Program-made: the position numbers and the translations under genes
The notes under the pieces: model-generated
Told to the model about the DNA's origin: nothing
Seen by the model: only the letters and a program-made list of their open reading frames with translations
Database searches by the model: none
In this document: positions 1 to 9,806 of the stretch, in pieces
Layout: every line of letters starts with the position of its first letter
Numbering within the stretch: the first letter of the stretch is position 1
Assembly (NCBI GenBank): GCA_001662655.1
Contig: KV460213.1
Strand: one strand, 5' to 3'
Source: Pseudogymnoascus verrucosus
Taxonomy: Eukaryota
DNA length: 20,000 nt

Positions 1-129
1 CCGGGATCTGGAAACCAGAACAGAATGTTGTATTGGATCAGTTACGGCATATCTTTTTGGCGGGCTTCGAGCCATCGAGTACCATATAGTTGTAACATTC
101 CTAGTATTGGTTTTATCTGCAAAGCAGAA

Positions 130-1047
130 TTATCCACTCTCTCCCTCCAACCTGTTCAGAAATACCGCGACCTGAGCGTAAGCCCTTCGACCAGCCTCCA
201 TCTGGTTTTCGCGCTTCTTGTTCTTGTCAAAGCCATGATCGCAGTCCTCCATCCGCCTTAGCACTAAGTTTCTGCCACTCGCATGGCCGTCTGTTTTGAT
301 CCTCTCAGCTAGTGCCTCCATGTCTGTGGCTGAAACATCATGGTCCGCAGTAAATATTAGCATTTCCTGTGGAAAGTTGGTCGTATCAGCAAAGACTGGC
401 GAGATGCGAGGGTCCCTAGCATCTTTGTCTCGTATGTAAGCCTCGCGGAAGACTTTCGTCCAGAATGACGGTCGTTCTCTGCCAGGCACAGGGGCTTTTC
501 TCGTCGCTGGATCCCCGGCCATGCTAGGAGAAGGATAGAATCCAACGAGGGACTGAAAGGTACCATGGGGAAACAGGGTCGAGTTGACAAGTGCAAGGGT
601 TCCGCCAGATGAGAATCCACTAAGGGACACATGCGAAATCAGGTACTCATCTGGGTGGCTGAGTACGTACTTCACGGCGTCCTCGGCGTCGTTGACTGCT
701 GCGGGGAAAGGGTTTTCTGGTGCCACACGATACTGGACGTCGAGAACTACGTGGCTGGTCTTCGTAGCGATGAACCGACAGAAAGGCTCATCAGCACCGT
801 GATATTGGAGAGCAAACCCACTTCCGAAGAAGTTTATCAGTACAGGATGAGGCCCTCTAGCGCTTCCGGGCTCCCCACTCGGGTTATAGACATTAGCTTT
901 GATGGTCCGCCCCTTGTCGCGAGATGGGATCCTCAAAACTAAGTCTGGCTTGGGTACTGGCAACGGAGCAACGAGTTGCACAAGGAGGCGCAGAGACGAG
1001 ATAAGGAATTTAAGGCGCAGGTACTGCAGGAAGCCAAACAGGCCCAT
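130..1047 (-). CDS. Alpha/beta hydrolase fold-3 (hormone-sensitive lipase family) esterase/lipase, about 305 aa, intronless
   Basis: The ORF-track start at 1053 is TTG; the first in-frame ATG is at 1047. Motifs: oxyanion region INFFGSGF (HGxGF-like), QYRVAPENPFPAAVNDA, nucleophile elbow GFSSGG, catalytic Asp region ADHD and His in HGF. Hydrophobic N-terminus. Confidence 0.93.
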   Translation of the reverse strand: MGLFGFLQYLRLKFLISSLRLLVQLVAPLPVPKPDLVLRIPSRDKGRTIKANVYNPSGEPGSARGPHPVLINFFGSGFALQYHGADEPFCRFIATKTSHVVLDVQYRVAPENPFPAAVNDAEDAVKYVLSHPDEYLISHVSLSGFSSGGTLALVNSTLFPHGTFQSLVGFYPSPSMAGDPATRKAPVPGRERPSFWTKVFREAYIRDKDARDPRISPVFADTTNFPQEMLIFTADHDVSATDMEALAERIKTDGHASGRNLVLRRMEDCDHGFDKNKKRENQMEAGRRAYAQVAVFLNRLEGESG

Positions 1048-1391
1048 TGTCAATGCAATGATCGAGTTCTGGTTGCTGTAAGCTGCAGCCGTTACTTAAA
1101 TCGCCGTTCGTGATGACTCGATCTCAACTCTACCAGTAACTGTTGTGGGATTGTATAGACACTGTTCGCGAAAATAGATGAGGGGAAATATAAATTCGGC
1201 TGTGATTTAGCCGATTACGTCAATGCTCATTTGCTCATGCGCAGCCAATGCCCAACAGGTGATGGAATTTTGAAAATGCGCATTGCAACAGCCGGGTGGG
1301 TTCCACGCACGCACGCCCTCATGTTGGTGTTCTCTGCTTTCTCAGCCTTATTTTATTCTATAAATACTTGGTCGAATAATTATCTTCCGAA

Positions 1392-3563
1392 ATGTCCACC
1401 CTACTGTGCAATATGGAGATTGACCGACAAGGAGACTTGTGCGAAACATGTCGAAATATCGACCTCGACGCACTGCTCAAAGAGGACGGTATGTACCAAG
1501 CACAGCCCGTACTGTACCAGCCTCTAGCCCCCATCTCAGTCAAAGCGAGCTCTTCTTGTCCTCTATGTGAATTCTTTCTGTCCATGCTCAAAGATGAGGA
1601 GAGAGCGGGCGCAGATGCGGTATATTTGTTCATGGTGACTCGCTCGCAGCCGGCAACCGAGGAGACGTGGAAGAACCATGACGAACGAAGAAAACAAAGA
1701 TGCTTCTTTGTCCAGACTAGTCCTGACCTTACTGGTCCTGGTCCTGAATGGCAAGAATGGGAGACGCCGGAGAGACCACGCTGTGACTTGGAGAGACCAC
1801 GCGTAAATTACAGCAAGTTACCGGACATGCCTGTGTTTATCGAGCACGAGAGAGTCGACTACGAACCACTGAGAGGCTGGTGCAAAAAGATCAGGGCACT
1901 CGAGACTGCACGGACGGCTAAATTGCAGGGCTTGAAAGGTGTCGATGATGGAGCACTGCCAGTAAATGTCATTGACTGTCATACTCGCGAGATTGTACCA
2001 GTGCAAGCTCCATGTGAATATTTCACGTTGAGTTATGTTTGGGGTGCAACAACAGTGGCACCAGAGAGCTCATCAGGCAGTTCACTCCCCAGTCGGCTCC
2101 CCACTACAGTTGAGGACGCTATAACGGTAGTCAAGCAGCTTGGCTACCGTTACCTCTGGGTGGATAGGTACTGTCTGGACCAGAGCAATAAGGCCCAGTT
2201 TCAAACACAGTTGAACCAAATGGGTGACATATACAGAAACGGCGTGGCGGGCATCATCGCAGCAGCAGGCGGGGATTCTGACTACGGTTTGCCGGGAGTA
2301 AGCACTAGAGCCCGGACTAGACAACCTCGTGTCAGGATCGGAAACTACGTCTTGTGGTCTAACATGATGGACCCGCGCACCGTTGTGCGAAGAAGCAAGT
2401 GGATGACGCGAGCCTGGACCTATCAAGAAGGCATTTTTACGGCTAATTGGTTCGCCTTTACCGACGAACAGGTATTCTTCCAGAAATCTGACAACTCAAC
2501 AATGGCCAATAGGGAGCGATTGTGGAAGGTCTCATGTGAGATGTTCCCAAACGGCGGTATGGGGGTTGAAGCAAATTGCCCGCTCTTGAGAATGTCCGAC
2601 AACAATATGTGGAGCAGTGAGGGATATATACATTTGAAACTTGAGGCATACACTTCTCGCAGTATAACGTATCCATCTGACGCTGTGAACGGCATGCTAG
2701 GCCTCCTAAAGAGATGCGGAAATGGGCCATATCCTATGAACCATTATTTCGGAGTTCCGATCCTGGGGCCTCTACTAAATCATCGAATTTCGATGGCACG
2801 AGATACTACACGAAGTTGGACATTAACAAAGGCATTCGTAGTGGGTCTCTGTTGGACATCTGAGAATACCGGACTTCGCAGACTGGAGTTCCCATCTTGG
2901 TCGTGGGCTGGGTGGAAAACCAGCTATGCAAGACCGAGTCATGGAACACTCTGTGACGGAATAACACTTGCTGACGATTTCAAACTATCAGTACAGACAA
3001 AGCAAGGCTTGGTTGACTGGGAAGTAATGTGCTATGCAAAAAGCTGGGGCCTCGACGAAGACACCAGCCTGTTGCCTAGAGAACTCTACATTGAAGCTCC
3101 CACTATTACGGTCACCATTTGCCAAGATCCTAGAAGTATGGCAAGCGATTGGGCATCGGCGGCGACTGGCCATGCTTCGATTCTTAAATCTATGGGCTGG
3201 TGCGCAATGTTTTCTGACGCAGACTGTGACGTGTTGGTCAAGGTGAATTTAGTAGATGCTGAAACGGTATCAAAACTTACAACTCTTGGCTCCATGACCC
3301 TGAAAGGGGTTATTCTGCGGCGGGAATTTATCTTTGCCCTGCTAGTACTCGAAACCAACGAAGCAGCTATAAGAGTCGGAAGCCTAACGCTAGTGGACTA
3401 CTTCGTTCGTTGGAAGACCGATGTCCAGCATCATAATGTACAGGCCAGTGAATACTGGAATAACTCAGGGCGAATTTCACACATGCATTGCCCAGAATGT
3501 AAACAGCGAGCATTTCAGAGTATTATACCTAGCGAGACGACGGAAGTGACTAGGGTGCAGTAA
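1392..3563 (+). CDS. HET-domain (PF06985-type, TOL-like) heterokaryon-incompatibility family protein, 723 aa, intronless
   Basis: HET signature blocks YFTLSYVWG, LPTTVEDAITVVKQLGYRYLWVDRYCLDQ, QMGDIY and SKWMTRAWTYQE. Downstream family motifs YTSRSITYPSDAVNGMLG and FPSWSWAGW. N-terminal CETC and CPLC cysteine pairs. Confidence 0.93.
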   Translation: MSTLLCNMEIDRQGDLCETCRNIDLDALLKEDGMYQAQPVLYQPLAPISVKASSSCPLCEFFLSMLKDEERAGADAVYLFMVTRSQPATEETWKNHDERRKQRCFFVQTSPDLTGPGPEWQEWETPERPRCDLERPRVNYSKLPDMPVFIEHERVDYEPLRGWCKKIRALETARTAKLQGLKGVDDGALPVNVIDCHTREIVPVQAPCEYFTLSYVWGATTVAPESSSGSSLPSRLPTTVEDAITVVKQLGYRYLWVDRYCLDQSNKAQFQTQLNQMGDIYRNGVAGIIAAAGGDSDYGLPGVSTRARTRQPRVRIGNYVLWSNMMDPRTVVRRSKWMTRAWTYQEGIFTANWFAFTDEQVFFQKSDNSTMANRERLWKVSCEMFPNGGMGVEANCPLLRMSDNNMWSSEGYIHLKLEAYTSRSITYPSDAVNGMLGLLKRCGNGPYPMNHYFGVPILGPLLNHRISMARDTTRSWTLTKAFVVGLCWTSENTGLRRLEFPSWSWAGWKTSYARPSHGTLCDGITLADDFKLSVQTKQGLVDWEVMCYAKSWGLDEDTSLLPRELYIEAPTITVTICQDPRSMASDWASAATGHASILKSMGWCAMFSDADCDVLVKVNLVDAETVSKLTTLGSMTLKGVILRREFIFALLVLETNEAAIRVGSLTLVDYFVRWKTDVQHHNVQASEYWNNSGRISHMHCPECKQRAFQSIIPSETTEVTRVQ
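1769..1802 (+). repeat. 13-bp direct repeat (GGAGAGACCACGC x2, 21-bp period) inside the HET gene, encoding ERPR..ERPR
   Basis: Copies at 1769-1781 and 1790-1802. Adjacent micro-duplications give GPGP and EWQEW. Confidence 0.8.
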
Positions 3564-4821
3564 AGGGGTTATAGCATGCCAGCCTAATATATATAATTAC
3601 AAGCAATATTATTATCAGTGGCGTGGCGAGAACATGAATGAATATGGTGGATTGCCGGAGCAGCTGAGTGTCTCACTACCATGTCTAGGTAGTAATAGAC
3701 GATTAAACCACAACAAGAAGGCATTAGTGGTCTAGTGGTACTAATCCATAAATTACACCTTGTTTTTAGCCCCAAAATTCCAGTTTACCATCTCCTGGTT
3801 TGTCCTTTCTCAAGTCATGGAAAAGCAGCGATGTTTAACACTCGGCTTCTCATAGAATTCGACACGGGGACCCGTGATTTCAAGCCTAGTAATTGGCTCA
3901 GAGCATCCATCTCCTTATATTCTTCTCCGCTTATGGCGGCGCATGAAAAATACGAAACTTTGGTTGATTCTGAAAGCTACCAAAGTCCTCAAAAGGCCGC
4001 ATCCCTTGTCTGCGAATCATGCGAGCATTTTCGTGGAAACGTGGTATGGTTACTCGATTCATAAACTCCGTCTGCAATCACGATGCCATCTGTTCGATAA
4101 TTTGCCCCGAGGCGCAGGATTTAAGCCCAATAATTAGTTTGTAACTCTACCTCCCCGCCGACTCCTAGCCAATGTCCGCATTTTACCACCGCCATCCATC
4201 CCTGCAGATACTGAATGCAACAATGGAAACTCGCACTGTTACCTCAAAATTGGGTCAAGGTAGTTATATTTACATAGTAGGTCCTCAGTCTTTTGTTTCT
4301 AGTTTCGATTCAAGGTTTTGGGTTTCGATGTTGACGGTTTTGAATTTCCGATGACGAACTCGTGTCCCAAGCTTAGTAGCTTGCCTTGACCGAATTTGTT
4401 AATCACTAAATAGCCAAATTCTTGTGAGCGCCGACATGAGGCAGGCTCTTGTCCCAAAACCCGCCCATGGGTCATAGTTACGGGATCTCTGCACCCCATT
4501 TTGTATAGCCTTAAGAAGGAAACTTTGGACGTGAATATCTGCTTGTGTGACAAGCAAGTTTTTTAACCACATATCGAACGTATAGCGTTTTTATAGGCTA
4601 CTTACTATGTAAACCACTTATACTGCTTATATATAAAATATATTATATAATTAAAGAGTATGCAGGTTTGCAAGAAATGGTGTAATTTATATAAGTCGTT
4701 TATGAGTAATATTATAAGTAATTGAAGTCATGAAGTTTTGTTTACAGGTGGGTTTTAAATTCAGTTAATAACAGTAGCCTAGTTCTCTACGACTACCCTA
4801 TCACGATCCAACCTTCATTTT

Positions 4822-6597
4822 TCAAACATCGCGAATCGTTTCAACTTGCCGAGCTTGACCTTCTTGCTGATTCACAGCCATCATTTTCTCGTCTATGGCA
4901 AGATCGATCTCTTCCGCATTTCTATTTCCGTACATACCTATCTTGTACCATGGGAGGGAAAAGAGGCGGTCCATGCTCTCAAGATCACGACCCGCAGTCT
5001 CAGGGACAGTAACGACGACCCACACAAAACCAGCGATGGTGATGACAGCGAAGAACCAAAAAGTACCAGCCGGATCTATACCGCCTAGATGTTTAGGAAG
5101 AAGCATGTTGGGCAACGCACGCGAGCTGCCATATTGGTTCGCGAAGTGGAAGCACATCACGAGCGAGGTGGACATAGCTCGAATGCGGAGAGGAAACAGC
5201 TCAGCTGTGAGAACATATTGCATGGAATTCCAGCCGAGCGCCCATCCAAAACCGGAGAGGAAGATCATGAAAATAGCACCCTTGCTTACTGGCGTCTGAG
5301 ATGGCGCAAGTTTGAATGTGCTTATAGTGCCTAGTTGTGGAACGGCAGTGAGGAAGCTGGCAATGTAAATCATCGAGATGGCTTGCAGGGCGATACCAAT
5401 AAGGAGAGAGCGCTTCCGACCTATAACATCGACGAGGAAGAGCGCGCAAATGATCGCGCCAACTAGCTTGACGATTCCGAAGACAGCAGTGACAAGAAGC
5501 CCTTCATTTGTGCCAGTAACGCCGATGAGGGCAAATAGACTAGGAGCATACAGAGTGATGGAACCTGCACCTGACCATTGGGAAAGAATTTGGGCCATGA
5601 GGCCTAGATAGATGCGGTAGAGGTTACTGGGTACCAAAAACATCTCCTTCACAACACCGAGCCAGCCCTGGCCTAAAGTGGCCTCTTGCTCTTCTTGCAA
5701 CTGGAATCGGATGTTGTTGATTTCTTGGAGGACGTATGCGTTGTCTCGTGGGAGGTTACGCACGCGAGACATATTTATAATGGCTTCTTCATCTTTGCCA
5801 ATCTTGACGAGGTAGCGAGGGGACTCGTATTGGGTGAAAGAGAGCAGGAACACAATGCCAGCAAACATGATGTGCAAGCTAGTGGGAAGCTCCTAAAATG
5901 ACGTTAGCATAACACAAATAAGCGGTCTGTAAGAGGCGTACCCATCGTGCGTGGGTGTGCTCGCCGATATTCACAGATGCGCCATAGTTGGCAAAGTAGG
6001 CAATGACAATGCCCAGGTAGACAAATCCAGTGAAAACACAAGTGCAAAGACCGCGAATGGATGCCGGTGCTATCTCAGCGAGATAGACAGGGGCCACAAC
6101 AACGGTCTGACCGACGCCTAATCCAGCAATGAATCGTCCCGCATAGACAGCGCCGAGGTTTCCGCCGTTACCCATGAAAATAGCGATACCGACAATCCAG
6201 ATAATACACAGCTGTCGAGTTGCCCAGAGACGACCGATACGATCGCAGACGAGGAATGCACTAGAAGATGATAATAGGTTAGAAGATGGTTAAAGATGGA
6301 GATGGAGACAATAACTTACAAGAGGGCTCCACCAACAGAGCCGATCTGGACCATAGCAGAGACATTAGCTTTAATGTTTGTCTGTTCGTGAACGCTATAG
6401 CTTTGGTAATTGATAGAGTTCTGGAAATTCTTCGAGTTGAAAGCACCGCCAATGAGACCTTCATCGACACCACGGGCGGCACCCATGAGGCCAAAGGAAA
6501 AGACAGCAAGCCATAGCCGCCAATTGAAAATTTCCTTTGGCTCGCCTAGGTCCTTGAGCCTAAAGATATTGACGGGTTTTTTAATGCCGCCAGCCAT
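4822..6597 (-). CDS. MFS sugar porter family transporter, quinate-permease-like, about 555 aa; exons 6597-6320, 6260-5942, 5892-4822
   Basis: Two GT-AG introns (59 and 49 nt) with CTAAC branch sites restore one frame. Sugar-porter motifs DRIGR, GRFIAGLGVG, PVYLAEIAPASIRG, ESPRYL, DVIGRK, AELFPLRIR and VPETAG. Confidence 0.93.
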
Positions 6598-6833
6598 GTT
6601 AGATATAATCGAGTCTGTGTTATAAGTGACAGAAGAAGTCGCTCGGCTATAGGTAAGGTTGATAAAGTAGGAGATGCGCCTAGGACCCTGAGAAGACGGT
6701 GGGTTGTAGACTTATATAGCTTGTGGCACTGTAACGTTGGTACGCACTTCCCCACTTTCTTGTGCTCCCTCCAACTCTTCCCGCGTGCCAGCCGAATGCA
6801 GCATGGTAAGGAGCCAGTCAAGTGGGTTCGAAC

Positions 6834-7539
6834 GCGGGGAAAGGCTAGATACGATCGGCGCGCCTAGTTTATCCTTTCCCCGCTTGAAAAAGCTCCTTCC
6901 GAATGAATAAGGAAGTCATTGCAGGCAGGAGCCGACATATATCGAATCATAAACGAGATAGGAGGCACTAGAATATGTCTGTATACCTCACTCATAGAAT
7001 CTTCCGTCTTCAAATCACAATCACGCTAGAGAATATAGCAAGGCATGGGAATGGCGGGGTTAATATGGAGAAGGTGTAATATTAACTGGGCGGACAGTGT
7101 TCGGAAAGTCGCCGAGCAGTAGCTTCAAGTTCGTTGTCCCCTGCCCATGTGGGGTCTCCGAGTTGGTGATCAGCAACATCGGTGTGGTCTTAGACCACCA
7201 GCGAACGCCGAGCATGAACCTGTTTGCCGCTATGTACGAACATAACCACTATTTGGGAGGTAGGAATAATGTCTCGGGCAGAATCGGAAATTGTAATTCG
7301 AGAAAGATTCTTGTTTGTAGAATGATTGAATCTACAAAATCGGTCATCCCGAACGTGTACTGAGCTACCCCGCTCTGCGCTAAGGGGTTCTCTTATTTCC
7401 GCGGGGCCTTCGCGCAACTAATATGAACTAAGCAAATCACTAGCCTCGCTAATGAAGACAAGCAATGCTAAGCAATGCCATCAACGTTCGAAACGCATGG
7501 CGGAGACTTTACCCCACATTACTCCGAATCGTCCCCCGC
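6834..7539. promoter_or_regulatory. Cluster of CreA/Cre1-type SYGGRG sites upstream of the sugar porter
   Basis: Nine matches on both strands, starting at 6834, 6878, 7054, 7149, 7368, 7401, 7500, 7512 and 7534. Function is inferred from the consensus only. Confidence 0.5.
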
Positions 7540-7722
7540 CTTACCCAATTACCACTGCTTGTCGATCAAATTTTTCGGAGAAATTGTCTGTATTCTTTCC
7601 TTCATTCCTTGATGTACTTGTCACCGACATTGGTTAGAAGGTATTGTATATGTAGAGATGAGTAGGGAATATTTTCATAGGAGCTGATGCGCCCTTTAAT
7701 ATCGTCAAGCTAATTTGAGGAG

Positions 7723-7908
7723 ATGGTACTTAAGGAAGCTACTAGCGGCAAATTATAGCTCATCATATTTGGTGCTATAGGACCTACTGGGATCGTTCTT
7801 CGAGGTCTCATTAGCGCTATCTTCACCCCTCCCCCTAACGCTATAAACGAAAATCGTATTGGGGTGCAGTGCTTGAATAAGCACCACAATATGCAGAACA
7901 GTGAATAG
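7723..7908 (+). pseudogene. Possible relic 5' end of an NAD(P)-binding Rossmann-fold gene
   Basis: From ATG 7723 it reads MVLKEATSGKL*LIIFGAIGPTGIVLRGLIS, with TAG at 7756-7758. This resembles the hhhhGATGPTG dinucleotide-binding start. The match is short. Confidence 0.3.
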
Positions 7909-8187
7909 AGATGCAAAATATAGGTTAGTAGAATCCAAGCCGTGTTTTTCTCCACTTTCTGCTCTGATTTCTTTTGGTTTGCAAACACGGCAAGTGATGA
8001 CGGCAATTGAACTATCGACCCTGTGGTCACCAACTCAACCACTACTACCCTTAAAAGTATCAAATCATATGGCTATAAGTGCGGACAAGTCTGCCAAAGA
8101 TGAATAGTATCATATGCTACAACAAGATCACTTTCAAATCAAAGACTGAGATCCATCACTTCAGATCATTACGAGGCGCTTTATAAG

Positions 8188-9452
8188 ATGAAGGTTCTCA
8201 CGATAACTGTCCTCGCAGCTTTTCTAGCAGCATCTACTTCGGCTCAAAGCAGTGCTATAATCTATTCTGTAGCGACATCCATTCCTTGGAGTCCAAAGGC
8301 TCCCTCATCAGTCGATCAAAGTGTGGTCTACAATGACACGTACTATCTATCAGACCGCACTAATGCTGGGGTAAGTATTGTATTCCTATTGCTCGGTTTA
8401 CCTCTTCACACTTTTGATAGGTACACGTTGTCTCCCTTATCAACAAGACGCAGACCAAACTTATCACGGGTTTCTCGACTGGCCTTGTTAAGGGAAAGCT
8501 CAGCTCCTCCATATCCGGCCCGGACGGCATGATTGTTCTCCCCTCTCGCAACGAACTCTGGGTTGGCGACGGCGATGGCACCATCAAGATCATTGATCTC
8601 TTCAATTCCACCATCATCGCCTCCATCAACACAACTTCCACTAAGCGTGCAGACGAATTCGCCTATGACCCCACCAACAACATCGTAGTCGTCACGAACC
8701 CTAACGAAAAAATCCCATATGTGTCTGTCATCTCGGCCACAAAGCGCACAGTACTCGGCCGAATCATGTTCCCAAATGTCACAGAACTCGAGCAGCCTGC
8801 ATTCAATCCCGCTAACGGCTTATTCTATGTCTCCGTGCCATCTTCAGGGGCGCATCCAGGCGGATCGATCTGTACGCTGGATATTGCGGGTCTGTCGATT
8901 GCGCAGACGTACCCGATCCCTGACTGCGTTCCTGCTGGCATTATCTTTGGACCGACGAACCACCTCTTTATCGGATGCTCTGGATCACAAATTACAGACT
9001 ATGGATACGCTGCCTCGTATATTATGGATGTTTCCACCGGCAAAATAATATCAAACGTCTCTAGCCTTGCTGGGGTTGACCAGGTTGCCTACGATTCTAC
9101 GGCGAACTTGTTCTACGCATCTGCATACCAGAACCTTGCGGCTGGAGGGAATCCGATGCCACAGATTGCAGTTGTGAATGCATCGAGTGGGGTTTTGGTT
9201 CAGACACTAGTCACGGATAACGTGACGGCACATTCCGTAGCTGTTGATGAGAAGAATGGCCTCATGATCGTCCCCATCCAAAAGCAGGGGATTGTCGTAT
9301 ATGACCTCAAGGCTGGTGTGAAGGGAAGTGTAACGGGGGCGGCTGCAAAACCATCCGCGAGCTTAAAGACGAGTGGCGGGGTTGTGATTAGCGCCGTGCG
9401 AGCCCTGATGACTACGGTTATAATTGGCATTGCAGGGTCACTACTACTATAA
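8188..9452 (+). CDS. Secreted YncE/YVTN-like beta-propeller protein with a probable GPI-anchor signal, about 404 aa; exons 8188-8370, 8421-9452
   Basis: Signal peptide MKVLTITVLAAFLAASTSA. A 50-nt GTAAGT...TAG intron joins the two ORF-track ORFs in frame. Blade motifs YYLSDRTN, GPDG..ELWVGDGDGTIKIIDL, RADEFAYDP, LEQPAFNP, CVPAGIIFGP, GVDQVAYDS and AHSVAVDE. C-terminal TSGG followed by a hydrophobic tail. Confidence 0.85.
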
Positions 9453-9806
9453 ACCCCTGATCCTAGCAATATGTCTTTAAATTTACAACATATCGCTATT
9501 GACCTTGTCCCAAGCCTAGTTCCTAACATGTATGGCATTTTATTAGATCCTATAGTTTTTCTGCGCTAGCCTGTCAAGGAACCCTCCTTGTATCTGACAG
9601 GCTCTCTCAAAAAGACGAAGGACAGAACTCGAATTATTAAAGTCTCAAACTTGATCAAGATCATGCGCCTCATCACCCTTTAGCGAGCGAGTATTCGGGG
9701 ATGGCTGTGTCCGAATTTGGCCTGGGCATTATCAAATGGCGATCCATAGAGGGGAAGGTGCTAAAATCCTTCAAACGGAAGCAGTACAAGTCTGCTTGGC
9801 CTAAGC

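Noticed and set aside
3735..4137. Plus-strand ORFs after the HET gene, including RDFKPSN (kinase catalytic-loop-like) and CESCEH
   Set aside because: No other kinase subdomains or recognisable domain, and non-ATG starts in the track; probably chance.
4560..4790. Very AT/TpA-rich tract between the convergent HET and sugar porter genes
   Set aside because: Could be a RIP relic, but has no TIR, LTR or coding trace; consistent with an ordinary terminator region.
6778..6840. tRNA-like look: 9-bp closing stem with TGGTAAG and GGTTCGAAC inside
   Set aside because: The T-arm and anticodon arm do not pair, so there is no cloverleaf; it overlaps promoter CreA-type sites.
7097..7417. Short overlapping ORFs in the transporter/propeller intergenic region
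   Set aside because: No motifs or splice structure; the region is better explained as promoter.
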